Source of the DNA: Veleropilina oligotropha
Taxonomy: Eukaryota
Assembly: GCA_048128005.1 (NCBI GenBank)
Contig: JBEUKZ010000064.1
Location: 62,001 to 126,000, forward strand
Reading direction: 5' to 3'
DNA: 64,000 nucleotides
The position numbers and the translations under genes were made by a program. The notes under the pieces were generated by a model. That model searched no databases. It had not been told where the DNA came from and saw only the letters and a program-made list of their open reading frames with translations. Positions within the stretch are counted from its first letter, which is position 1, and each line of letters opens with the position of its first letter. This document shows positions 28,601 through 41,260 of this stretch, one piece after another.

Positions 28601-31600
28601 GCAATAATACTGCTGCCTAGTGAGCTATGCTAATGTTAGGTGAAGAGCAATAATACTGCTGCCTAGTGAGCTATGCTAATGTTAGGTGAATAGCAATAAT
28701 ACTGCTCCCTAGTGAGCTATGCTAATGTGAGGTGAATAGCAATACTACTGCTGCCTAGTGAGCTATGCTAATGTGAGGTGAATAGCAATAATACTGCTGC
28801 CTAGTGAGCTATGCTAATGTGAGGTGAATAGCAATAATACTGCTGCCTAGTGAGCTATGCTAATGTTAGGTGAATAGCAATAATACTGCTGCCTAGTGAG
28901 CTATGCTAATGTGAGGTGAATAGCAATACTACTGCTGCCTAGTGAGCTATGCTAATGTGAGGTGAATAGCAATACTACTGCTGCCTAGTGAGCTATGCTA
29001 ATGTTAGGTGAATAGCAATAATACTGCTGCCTAGTGCGCTATGCTAATGTGAGGTGAATAGCAATAATACTGCTGCCTAGTGCGCTATGCTAATGTTAGG
29101 TGAGTAGCAATAATACTGCTGCCTAGTGAGCTATGCTAATGTTAGGTGAATAGCAATAATACTGCTGCCTAGTGCGCTATGCTAATGTTAGGTGAATAGC
29201 AATAATACTGCTGCCTAGTGAGCTATGCTAATGTTAGGTGAATAGCAATAATACTGCTGCCTAGTGAGCTATGCTAATGTGAGGTGAATAGCAATAATAC
29301 TGCTGCCTAGTGAGCTATGCTAATGTTAGGTGAATAGCAATAATACTGCTGCCTAGTGAGCTATGCTAATGTTAGGTGAATAGCAATACTACTGCTGCCT
29401 AGTGCGCTATGCTAATGTGAGGTGAAGAGCAATAATACTGCTGCCTAGTGAGCTATGCTAATGTTAGGTGAATAGCAATAATACTGCTGCCTAGTGGGCT
29501 ATGCTAATGTTAGGTGAATAGCAATAATACTGCTGCCTAGTGAGCTATGCTAATGTTAGGTGCATAGCAATAATACTGCTGCCTAGTGAGCTATGCTAAT
29601 GTGAGGTGAATAGCAATAATACTGCTGCCTAGTGAGCTATGCTAATGTTAGGTGAATAGCAATAATACTGCTGCCTAGTGCGCTATGCTAATGTTAGGTG
29701 AATAGCAATAATACTGCTGCCTGGTGAGCTATGCTAATGTTAGGTGAATAGCAATAATACTGCTGCCTAGTGAGCTATGCTAATGTTAGGTGAGTAGCAA
29801 TAATACTGCTGCCTAGTGGGCTATGCTAATGTTAGGTGAATAGCAATAATACTGCTGCCTAGTGAGCTATGCTAATGTTAGGTGAATAGCAATAATACTG
29901 CTGCCTAGTGAGCTATGCTAATGTTAGGTGAATAGCAATAATACTGCTGCCTAGTGACCTATGCTAATGTGAGGTGAATAGCAATAATACTGCTGCCTAG
30001 TGGGCTATGCTAATGTTAGGTGAATAGCAATAATACTGCTGCCTAGTGAGCTATGCTAATGTTAGGTGAATAGCAATAATACTGCTGCCTAGTGAGCTAT
30101 GCTAATGTTAGGTGAATAGCAATAATACTGCTGCCTAGTGAGCTATGCTAATGTGAGGTGAATAGCAATAATACTGCTGCCTAGTGCGCTATGCTAATGT
30201 TAGGTGAATAGCAATAATACTGCTGCCTAGTGATCATGAGCTATGCTAATGTGAGGTGAATAGCAATAATACTTCTGCCTAGTGATCATGAGCTATGCTA
30301 ATGTGAGGTGAATAGCAATAATACTGCTCCCTAGTGCGCTATGCTAATGTTAGGTGAATAGCAATAATACTGCTGCCTAGTGAGCTATGCTAATGTTAGG
30401 TGAATAGCAATAATACTGCTGCCTAGTGAGCTATGCTAATGTGAGGTGAATAGCAATAATACTGCTGCATAGTGATCATGAGCTATGCTAATGTTAGGTG
30501 AATAGCAATAATACTGCTGCCTAGTGAGCTATGCTAATGTTAGGTGAATAGCAATAATACTGCTGCCTAGTGAGCTATGCTAATGTGAGGTGAATAGCAA
30601 TAATACTGCTGCATAGTGATCATGAGCTATGCTAATGTTAGGTGAATAGCAATAATACTGCTGCCTAGTGAGCTATGCTAATGTTAGGTGAATAGCAATA
30701 ATACTGCTGCCTAGTGCGCTATGCTAATGTTAGGTGAATAGCAATAATACTGCTGCCTAGTGAGCTATGCTAATGTTAGGTGAATAGCAATAATACTGCT
30801 GCCTAGCTAGTGAGCTATGCTAATGTTAGGTGAATAGCAATAATACTGCTGCCTAGTGAGCTATGCTAATGTTAGGTGAATAGCAATAATACTGCTGCAT
30901 AGTGAGCTATGCTAATGTTAGGTGAATAGCAATAATACTGCTGCCTAGTGCGCTATGCTAATGTTAGGTGAATAGCAATAATACTGCTGCCTAGTGATCA
31001 TGAGCTATGCTAATGTGAGGTGAATAGCAATAATACTGCTGCCTAGTGAGCTATGCTAATGTTAGGTGAATAGCAATAATACTGCTGCCTAGTGATCATG
31101 AGCTATGCTAATGTGAGGTGAATAGCAATAATACTGCTGCCTAGTGAGCTATGCTAATGTTAGGTGAATAGCAATAATACTGCTGCCTAGTGAGCTATGC
31201 TAATGTTAGGTGAATAGCAATAATACTGCTGCCTAGTGAGCTATGCTAATGTTAGGTGAATAGCAATAATACTGCTGCCTAGTGCGCTATGCTAATGTTA
31301 GGTGAATAGCAATAATACTGCTGCCTAGTGATCATGAGCTATGCTAATGTGAGGTGAATAGCAATAATACTGCTGCCTAGTGAGCTATGCTAATGTGAGG
31401 TGAATAGCAATAATACTGCTGCCTAGTGAGCTATGCTAATGTTAGGTGAATAGCAATAATACTGCTGCCTAGTGCGCTATGCTAATGTGAGGTGAATAGC
31501 AATAATACTGCTGCCTAGTGAGCTATGCTAATGTGAGGTGAATAGCAATAATGCTGCTGCCTAGTGAGCTATGCTAATGTGAGGTGAATAGCAATAATAC

Positions 31601-33420
31601 TGCTGCCTAGTGAGCTATGCTAATGTTAGGTGAATAGCAATAATACTGCTGCCTAGTGAGCTATGCTAATGTGAGGGGAATAGCAATAATACTGCTCCCT
31701 AGTGAGCTATGCTAATGTTAGGTGAATAGCAATAATACTGCTGCCTAGTGAGCTATGCTAATGTTAGGTGAATAGCAATAATACTGCTGCCTAGTGGGCT
31801 ATGCTAATGTTAGGTGAATAGCAATAATACTGCTGCCTAGTGAGCTATGCTAATGTTAGGTGAATAGCAATAATACTGCTGCCTAGCTAGTGAGCTATGC
31901 TAATGTGAGGTGAATAGCAATAATACTGCTGCCTAGTGAGCTATGCTAATGTTAGGTGAATAGCAATAATACTGCTGCCTAGCTAGTGAGCTATGCTAAT
32001 GTGAGGTGAATAGCAATAATACTGCTGCATAGTGAGCTATGCTAATGTGAGGTGAATAGCAATAATACTGCTGCCTAGTGCGCTATGCTAATGTGAGGTG
32101 AATAGCAATAATACTGCTGCCTAGTGAGCTATGCTAATGTTAGGTGAATAGCAATAATACTGCTGCCTAGTGAGCTATGCTAATGTTAGGTGAATAGCAA
32201 AAATACTGCTGCCTAGCTAGTGAGCTATGCTAATGTTAGGTGAATAGCAATAATACTGCTCCCTAGTGAGCTATGCTAATGTGAGGTGAATAGCAATAAT
32301 ACTGCTGCATAGTGAGCTATGCTAATGTGAGGTGAATAGCAATAATACTGCTGCCTAGTGCGCTATGCTAATGTGAGGTGAATAGCAATAATACTGCTGC
32401 CTAGTGAGCTATGCTAATGTTAGGTGAATAGCAATAATACTGCTGCCTAGCTAGTGAGCTATGCTAATGTGAGGTGAATAGCAATAATACTGCTGCCTAG
32501 TGAGCTATGCTAATGTTAGGTGAATAGCAATAATACTGCTGCCTAGTGAGATATGCTAATGTGAGGTGAATAGCAATAATACTGCTGCCTAGTGCGCTAT
32601 GCTAATGTGAGGTGAATAGCAATAATACTGCTGCCTAGTGAGCTATGCTAATGTGAGGTGAATAGCAATAATACTGCTGCCTAGCTAGTGAGCTATGCTA
32701 ATGTTAGGTGAATAGCAATAATACTGCTGCCTAGCTAGTGAGCTATGCTAATGTGAGGTGAATAGCAATAATACTGCTGCCTAGTGAGCTATGCTAATGT
32801 TAGGTGAATAGCAATAATACTGCTGCCTCGTGAGCTATGCTAATGTTAGGTGAATAGCAATAATACTGCTGCCTAGTGATCATGAGCTATGCTAATGTTA
32901 GGTGAATAGCAATAATACTGCTGCCTAGTGAGCTATGCTAATGTTAGGTGAATAGCAATAATACTGCTGCCTAGTGAGCTATGCTAATGTTAGGTGAATA
33001 GCAATAATACTGCTGCCTAGTGAGCTATGCTAATGTTAGGTGAATAGCAATAATACTGCTGCCTAGTGAGCTATGCTAATGTTAGGTGAATAGCAATAAT
33101 ACTGCTGCCTAGTGCGCTATGCTAATGTTAGGTGAATAGCAATAATACTGCTGCCTAGTGAGCTATGCTAATGTTAGGTGAATAGCAATAATACTGCTGC
33201 CTAGTGAGCTATGCTAATGTTAGGTGAATAGCAATAATACTGCTCCCTAGTGAGCTATGCTAATGTTAGGTGAATAGCAATAATACTGCTGCCTAGTGGG
33301 CTATGCTAATGTTAGGTGAATAGCAATAATACTGCTGCCTAGTGAGCTATGCTAATGTTAGGTGAATAGCAATAATACTGCTGCCTAGTGAGCTCTGCTA
33401 ATGTTAGGTGAATAGCAATA
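13676..33420. repeat. 46-bp satellite, about 19.7 kb (about 420 copies), inside ADGB intron 2
   Basis: Unit aataatactgctgcctagtgagctatgctaatgt(t/g)aggtgaatagc. Very homogeneous. Confidence 0.99.
13751..14080 (-). mobile_element. Full-length tRNA-head / CORE-like / L2-tail SINE inserted in the satellite
   Basis: Minus strand has A box TGGCTCAGTGG and B-box-like GAGTTCGCCC. CORE-like segment CTTGGGCAAG..GCCTCGGT..TAAATGGG. Tail AGCGCATTGAG..GCGCTATATAA..(TTA)n. Confidence 0.85.
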
Positions 33421-33893
33421 TCATGGATAAGTGAATAACTAAGGGTCGAAGCAATTGAAATAAATCAATGTCATCATTTGGTTAAAGCTTAATACGTGCA
33501 CTTAAAGGTCTACACTACGTACAGTATATGAGTACGAGTTCAACGTCTGTTAAAATGTAATCTTTTGATTATTTCGACATGTAGATAAATAAACTTATGT
33601 AGAGCGAGTTTGATCGCCTAACTATGGCAGACACAGGGAAACGCAGGCGGCTTCTCTGCGCATGTCTGTTATTGAACGCACTCAGGTTGCTACTACTGTT
33701 TGCAAAAACTAAAGAAATAACTGCGAAAAGGCTAGTCTATCGTTAATTCGATAGAACTATAGTTATACCATCGTTACCATAGTATTTGATCAAACTCATT
33801 CGTAGATATATAAGATTTATGCAAATAACTAAACTTAACCTTCTTAAAGATGCTGAAAAATTAGCAGTTTCATTAGCTCATAATCATAACTGG

Positions 33894-34629
33894 CAGAGGC
33901 GGGCATGCTTCACCTGATCAGAGGCGGGCGTGATTCACCTGATCAGAGGCGGGCGTGCTTCACCTGATCAGAGGCAGCGTGCTTCACCTGATCAGAGGCG
34001 GGCATGATTCACCTGATCAGAGGCAGCGTGCTTCACCTGATCAGAAGCGGGCGTGCTTCACCTGATCAGAGGCAGCATGCTTCACCTGATCAGAGGCGGG
34101 CGTGCTTCACCTGATCAGAGGCAGCGTGCTTCACCTGATCAGAGGAGGGCGTGCTTCACCTGATCAGAGGCGGGCGTGATTCACCTGATCAGAGGCGGGC
34201 GTTCTTCACCTGATCAGAGGCAGCGTGCTTCACCTGATCAGAGGCGGGCATGCTTCACCTGATCAGAGGCGTGCGTGATTCACCTGATCAGAGGCGGGCG
34301 TGATTCACCTGATCAGAGGCGGACGTGCTTCACCTGATCAGAGGCAGGCGTGATTCACCTGATCAGAGGCGTGTGTGATTCACCTGATCAGAGGCGTGCA
34401 TGCTTCACCTGATCAGAGGCGGGCGTGATTCACCTGGCGTGATTCACCTGATCAGAGGCGGGCGTGCTTCACCTGATCAGAGGCGGGCGTGATTCACCTG
34501 ATCAGAGGCGGGCGTGATTCACCTGATCAGAGGCGGGCGTGCTTCACCTGATCAGAGGCGGGCATGCTTCACCTGATCAGAGGCAGGCGTGCTTCACCTG
34601 ATCAGAGGCGGGCGTGCTTCACCTGATCA
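33894..34629. repeat. 25-bp minisatellite (about 30 copies)
   Basis: Unit tcacctgatcagaggcgggcgtgct, with 23-bp variants. Confidence 0.95.
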
Positions 34630-34769
34630 TTCGTGCTTTTTTTATCCTGCGATAATAATATGGACATGCATCAATGTGACCTTAGTCGTTAAGTGGAACA
34701 ATAAACTCGAATTCAAATCAAATCCGTTTACTGACAACCTTCCTGACCATTGCCCTATCCATCAAGGTA

Positions 34770-35071
34770 CGTGGTAATGACCTCAGCTAATAAGGACCGT
34801 GGTAATGACCTCAGCTAGTAAGGACCGTGGTAATGACCTCAGCTAATAAGGACTGTGGTAATGACCTCAGCTAGTAAGGACCGTGGTAATGACCTCAGCT
34901 AATAAGGACCGTGGTAATGACCTCAGCTAATAAGGTCCGTGGTAATGACCTCAGCTAATAAGGACCGTGGTAATGACCTCAGCTAGTAAGGACCGTGGTA
35001 ATGACCTCAGCTAATAAGGACCGTGGTAATGACCTCAGCTAATAAGGACCGTGGTAATGACCTCAGCTAAT
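34770..35071. repeat. 28-bp minisatellite (about 11 copies)
   Basis: Unit gtggtaatgacctcagctaataaggacc. Confidence 0.95.
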
Positions 35072-35159
35072 GCCACTTTATTCCATTGATTAGCGTTCTA
35101 TTCCACATCGAAAAATGTAATATTTTTTTGTATTTATTCAAAGTTTCATATCTCCACAG

Positions 35160-35207
35160 GATGTTGCCCACAAGGGTAAGGAAAAAGACAAAGGAAAGTC
35201 ACCAGTG
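35160..35207 (+). CDS. ADGB: Androglobin exon 3 (DVAHKGKEKDKGKSPV)
   Basis: Acceptor ctccacag| and donor |gtaagc. Resembles vertebrate DAGKGAKEKDKTGKSPV. Phases 0/0. Confidence 0.9.
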
Positions 35208-35462
35208 GTAAGCAGAACATTGCATAATTATACCACTTCTACAGATCGATGCATTCATGATTTATCATTGTGTAATTAAGACATTGCTCATTTGATATAA
35301 CTATAAAGGAGAGAAAATCTGTATCGTATATAAGTCAAAATGCCTTGATGGGACACTCTGGGTTATTATTATTTGAATGTTATTTGACAAGTTGGAGTGG
35401 TTGTGATGCTGCATCCATTGCACTGTGGGTGCCTAGCTCACTCCACTTGATTGTGGGAGTGG

Positions 35463-36276
35463 GTTGACCAAACGGATATGCATGATGCTTGACCAAGCGG
35501 ATGTGCACAGTGCTTGACCGAGCAGATATGCATGATGCTTGACCAAGCAGATGTGCATGGTGCTTGACCGAGCGGATGTGCATGATGCCTGACCGAGCGG
35601 ATGTGCACGATGCTTGATTGAGCGGATATGCACGATGCTTGACCAAGCCGATATGCATGATGCTTGACTGAATGGATATGCACGATGCTTGACCGAGCGG
35701 ATATGCACGATGCTTGACCTGAGCGGATGTGCATGATGCTTGACTGAATGGATATGCACGATGCTTGACCAAGCGGATATACATGATGCTTGACTGAATG
35801 GATATGCATGATGCTTGACTGAATGGATATGCACGATGTTTGATCAAGCGGATATGCACGAAGCTTGACCGAGCGGATGTGCACGATGCTTGACCGAGCA
35901 GATATGCACGATGCTTGATCGAGCAGATATGCACAAATCTTGACCAAGCGGATGTGCACGATGCTTGACCGAGCAGATATGCACGATGCTTGACCGAGCG
36001 GATATGCATGATGCTGGACTGAGCGGATGTGCATGATGCTTGACCAAGCAGATATGCATTCATGATGCTGGTCCGAGTGGATATGCATGATGCTTGACCG
36101 AGCGGATGTGCATAATGCTTGACCAAGCAGATGTCTATGATGCTGGCTGAAGCGGATATGCACAATACTTGACCGAGCGAATATGCATAATCCTTGACCT
36201 AGCAGATGTGCATGATGCTTGACCGAGCGGATGTGTACGATGCTGAACCGAGCGGATGTGCACGATGCTGGACCGA
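35463..36276. repeat. 25-bp minisatellite (about 32 copies)
   Basis: Unit gcttgaccgagcggatatgcacgat. Confidence 0.95.
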
Positions 36277-36783
36277 GGAGTTCGATCTTCGCTTGTGGTG
36301 GGAATTTTTGTCATATATGCTTCATTGCTCTAGGCATCAACCGTCTGATAGGATATGTTTGTAAAATTATAGTCTGTATATTAAACAATTCAAATCTAGT
36401 CATGTCCACTCACTGTATTTGTTTGGAAATTTGGATTTGAATCTCAGTTGAAGACATTTATCTTTCACAGTAGGCCTGGTGACTGGCAAAGGTAGAGGTT
36501 TTGTAAATTCAAATGCAAGAAATAAAAATATTATGTAAGTTACAGAGTTTAGTGGACATGGGTTTAGAAATGTCAGGTTTTATTTTGCTAGTATGGTTTA
36601 ATTAGGTCTTTTTGAGATAAAATGAAAATCGTTTTAATGTTGAAACCTTGAGTTTTGTTCAGAACTTCATGATTGCATTTAATGATATGATTACATATCA
36701 AGATTTCTGTTAAGCGTTATGAATATGCAAGCAGCACACATTCTTATTTGTACAGTTACTAACTAATTAGCGTCCCATTTCAG

Positions 36784-36882
36784 GTGCAACATTTCTTTGA
36801 TGATCCCGAGGGTAAAGTTGAAATGCCAGTGTCACTAAAGGTCGACCACTGGAAGAGGCCACAGGACTACATCACGGAGAAG
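36784..36882 (+). CDS. ADGB: Androglobin exon 4 (VQHFFDDPEGKVEMPVSLKVDHWKRPQDYITEK)
   Basis: Acceptor catttcag| and donor |gtaggt. Resembles HFFEDPEGKIELPPSLK..WKRPQD at the start of the calpain-like domain. Confidence 0.93.
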
Positions 36883-37651
36883 GTAGGTCGCACAGAGAGG
36901 TCATGTGACTACATCACGGAGAAGGTAGGTCGCACAGAGAGGTCATGTGACTACATCATGGAGAAGGTCGGTCGCACAGAGAGGCCACATGACTACATCA
37001 CGGAGAAGGTAGGCTGCACAGAGAGGCCACAGGACTACATCACAGAGATGGTAGGCCGCACAGAGAGGTCACTTGACTACATCACGGAGAAGGTAGGTCA
37101 CACAGAGAGGCCACATGACTACATCATGGAGAAGGTAGGCCGCACAGAGAGGTCACTTGACTACATCACGGAGAAGGTAGGTCGCATAGAGAGGCCGCAG
37201 GACTATATCACGGAGAAGGTAGGCCGTACAAAGAGGCCACAGGACTACATCACAGAGAAGGTAGGTCGCACAGAGAGGCCACGGAACTACATCATGGAGA
37301 AGGTAGGTGGCACAGAGAGGCCACAGGACTACATCACAGAGAAGGTAGGTCGTACAGAGAGGCCACAGAACTATAACACGGAGAAGGTAGGTCGCACAGA
37401 GAGGCCACGTGACTATAACACAGAGAAGGTAGGTCGCACAGAGAGGCCACGTGACTATAACATGGAGAAGGTAGGTCGCACAGAGAGGCCACGGGACTAT
37501 AACACGGAAAAGGTAGGTCGGACAGAGAGGCCACAGGACTATATCACGGAGAAGGTAGGTCGCACAGAGAGGCCACGGGGCTGTATCTCTGAAAAGGTAG
37601 GTAGCACAAAGAGGCCACGGGACTAAAACAAGGAAAATGTAGGCCGTACAG
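36854..37651 (+). repeat. 42-bp tandem array made of the exon 4 3' end plus splice donor (about 19 units)
   Basis: Unit agaggccacaggactacatcacggagaag|gtaggtcgcacag. The first unit is the real junction. Confidence 0.96.
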
Positions 37652-39377
37652 AAGTCGCTGTGGGTTTCAGTTTAAGGACTGTTAAAAAAGCCATTTTAGA
37701 CAATACACTTATACTGGAATTTTGATTATTTCATTTTTAGTTGAGGGATTAATGTAAGTAAGAGTTTGAGTCTAGAACTGTTTCATGTAAGAGGACTGGG
37801 CAGTCGTGATAATATTTGTGAATACATTTTATTTTGTGTATTATAGATGTAATTATTTGATTATTATGTGCATAATTTCAGGTGTTTATTTGAGTATTTT
37901 AACGGTGTTCTTCAGTGCAATAATTTTAAGAATTTTTGTTCTGAGGAAAGTCAATTACACTACAAAACATTTGACATTTACTATTGACTTAGAACTGTGA
38001 GTCTGTATGCATAAAAATTGCGTAAAAACATTGGTCCATGTCCTAATGAATAGAAAATCTCTAACTGCTGTCATCTATTATATTATTCATTCATAGAAAA
38101 GTAAGTCAATTAACTATTGAGGATGAACTAGTAACTGTGAAGAGGTTATCACTGTAATCTTCACAGTTTGAAGTAATAACAAGATTTATGCTCTTAGAAA
38201 GAGACAAAAATATAAATTTTATTGATTTAATTTCATTAGTAAACAAATAGAATAAAGAAAACAGTTTTATCTGGAATTATGATTAATTTTAGGAACAAAC
38301 AATGATACGTCGAGTAATAATGAAAAATTAATAGCCGCTTGACAGTGATGCATTACAGCAATATGTGCTTCACTTGAGCACTTGGATAAGAGTTAGCTTT
38401 GTTTTTATTACTCCAGTTGCAGCATAACGTCCTCCATGCCAACCATTAGTGGTCCGTCATTTTTATTTCATGCATATTGATATAAAGAATCCAACAAGGT
38501 GCCCAGATGAAATCACAGCATTGGCACTTGACAATGTTAGTCATCATTAGGTCTTCAGTGATCAAATGGAGTCGTACGGTTGAACAGAAACCGCGCATGA
38601 AGTAGGATGGTGACAGATGTTTGAAGAAACCCTATAATTAAGGCAATAACAGATACCGCAAATGTATTTTTGCCACTTAGCCAAAGTTAAAAACTTTACA
38701 ATTTTTCCAAAATATTCTATAGATGGGTCCCTGGAGCGACTACAAATTAAATGTAAAAAATAATTAATATATAAATTAAACCGGGTCCAGTTTCATTATT
38801 GGAGTGACGGACGTTCGTCGACTGATATTTCGTCACGTTGGGCAATGTCGAAGTTAACTGGGCATCGTGAAAAGTCAAGCTGCATAATTATCACTGATTA
38901 TAACTATTTTAGCATACTGTCATATTGCATGCAACTTAGATGAATAAATTATTTCATATTTGACGTAGCGTCTGCACGTTTAATGTTTCGCTAAAAAGTA
39001 TATACAAAAAAATCTACCAGTCGTCAATGGTGGACGGGGTATTGATCGAATTGGCCAAATCCTTGGTAATTATAATGGCGGATACATCGAATGATTTCAG
39101 CGATGAACACAGATTTCAGCAGTGATTTTGTTATTATAATATACAAAACAGCAATTAAACAATGTATATTCTTTCACTTTGAATCATCTAAACTTTTTTT
39201 AATATAAACATATTTGTAAGTAAGGCATTGTAGGACAATATGCGATAATTACGGGGATTGCACTTTTAAATGTCAGTACATATAAATATATATGTAGATA
39301 TTCAAGTATTTCCGCTTTGCTTTGTGACTTCTTATCGGAATCCGTTCTATTATTAAATGTCTTGTGCTTCCTTTCAG

Positions 39378-39458
39378 ACCCCAACGATCGTCGATGTTGA
39401 TGTGAGCATTGTTGATTTCGATTTGATAACTGCCAATGAGCATCTCCATACCAGCGAG
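39378..39458 (+). CDS. ADGB: Androglobin exon 5 (TPTIVDVDVSIVDFDLITANEHLHTSE)
   Basis: Acceptor cctttcag| and donor |gtaggt. Resembles TPVVV..FDLFSANEHLLCSE. Confidence 0.93.
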
Positions 39459-40069
39459 GTAGGTGCAGCATGGCAAGGTTACATCGCATTATCATACATC
39501 TCCATACCAGCGAGGCAGGTGCAGCATGGGAAGGTTACATCGCATTATGATACATGTTCGTGCATCTCCATAGCAGCGAGGTAGGCGCAGCATGGGAAGG
39601 TTACATCGCATTATGATACATGTTCGTGCATCTCCATACCAGCGAGGTAGGTGCAGCATGGCAAGGTTACATCGCATTATGATACATCTCCATACCAGCG
39701 AGGTAGGTGCAGCATGGGAAGGTTACATCGCATTATGATACATGTTCGTGCATCTCCATACCAGCAAGGTAGGTGCAGCATGGGAAGGTTACATCACATT
39801 ATGATACATGTTCGTGCATCTCCATACCAGCGAGGTAGGTGCAGCATGGCAAGGTTACATCGCATTATGATACATCTCCATACCAGCGAGGGAGGTGCAG
39901 CATTGGAAGGTTACATCGCATTATGATACATGTTCGTGCATCTCCATACCAGCGAGGTAGGTGCAGCATGGCAAGGTTACATCGCATTATGATACATGTT
40001 CGTGCATCTTCATAGCAGCGAGGTAGGCGCAGCATGGGAAGGCTACATGGCATTATGATACATGTTCGT
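39441..40069 (+). repeat. 56/66-bp tandem array made of the exon 5 3' end plus splice donor (10 units)
   Basis: Unit catctccataccagcgag|gtaggtgcagcatggcaaggttacatcgcattatgata, with or without catgttcgtg. Confidence 0.95.
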
Positions 40070-40423
40070 TAAATGTAGTACTCAGTAATTCGACAATATA
40101 CCATATTATATGAAGAAACTGAAATTATCTCATTCTTTCTGTTCTCCATTATTTATCCTTTGACGAGGACAACAAGCGCCACAGGGCAGGAACATTATTA
40201 AATAAACCTATGTTTATTAAAAATATATTCAGCAATCATGTGGGGATTTTAAATCTCAATTTGTCAGCACATTTGCATTTAAGGTTACTTTAAATACATT
40301 TTGCAAATATTAGCTGTGTTTGTGTGTGGACTTGAATGGCTATTTAACCACTTTTACAATATTATCTGCACCTTACGCATGTTTCCATTCCATCAATACA
40401 TAAATAAAAATTTGTATTTTCAG

Positions 40424-40642
40424 TTGATGCGTTACACTATAAGTCACATCAAAGCATTATGGGATATGAGCGCTTCCAAGGCAGTGTCTGGAGAGAGCCC
40501 AGAACCTGTGACCCCTATTGACGAATCGACCCACACCTGGCGCCCATGGGAACACATCTACGCTCTGTGTAAGGCGGGCAAAGCCCCACATATGCCCCTG
40601 TATAATCCGCATGGGAAATACATCGTCAAGCTCTACTGGATG
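40424..40642 (+). CDS. ADGB: Androglobin exon 6 (LMRYTISHIKALW...WRPWEHIYALCK...PLYNPHGKYIVKLYWM)
   Basis: Acceptor attttcag| and donor |gtgagt. PWEHIY and GKY.VKLYWM calpain-like motifs. Confidence 0.96.
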
Positions 40643-41039
40643 GTGAGTGACAGCATTATATGTCTCTGTTGTACCGGTCCGGTAATATTCAAGAAATTAA
40701 TTGAAGATTTTCCTCATTTGTAAAACACTCATCGTGCATATAACATTTTGGAAATGTATGACTTGACAAAATGCTTTTGTTAGTTTATATGCATAATCTA
40801 CCCAAATTGATTGATAAAAATTATACTATTTTATAACCAAATAAATATAGCACATATTAATGTTAAATTTAAATATTTTTCTGCAATCTATCTTTTTCAA
40901 CACACTGACATTTCATTTGTAATGAATAATGATTGTTCTTCACATTACCTTCGTCATAAAATGATTCAAAATAAGCCATGGCTTCCTATTAACGTTATAT
41001 ATCAGGATTTATTCATATGTCACTCTTCCAAATGAATCG

Positions 41040-41260
41040 GCAGGCAGCATCGTGGCCGAGAAGACCCAATGTTGGTCTACGATTCCAAGAGTTAGTGGTT
41101 CAAACCCAGGGCTGTACCTGGGATTTTTCCCATTAATACGCCATCTTCATTGTACACACATATCCGTCTGACCAGATAAAGGCGTAAAACGAGGTGTTCC
41201 GCCTGAGAGAATGATATAATGTTCAAAAGTGGTCGTTAAATTATCACACCAAATCCACAT
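41040..41260 (+). mobile_element. Diverged tRNA-derived SINE
   Basis: A-box-like TGGCCGAG and B box GGTTCAAACCC. Shares gggatttttcc and cgttaaa with the 5547-5751 SINE. Confidence 0.6.

Noticed and set aside
13676..33420. CRISPR-like array
   Set aside because: Head-to-tail units with no unique spacers, no cas genes, and a eukaryotic intron context. The same applies to all the other arrays.
35380..36165. His/Ser-rich minus-strand ORFs
   Set aside because: 25-bp minisatellite artefact.
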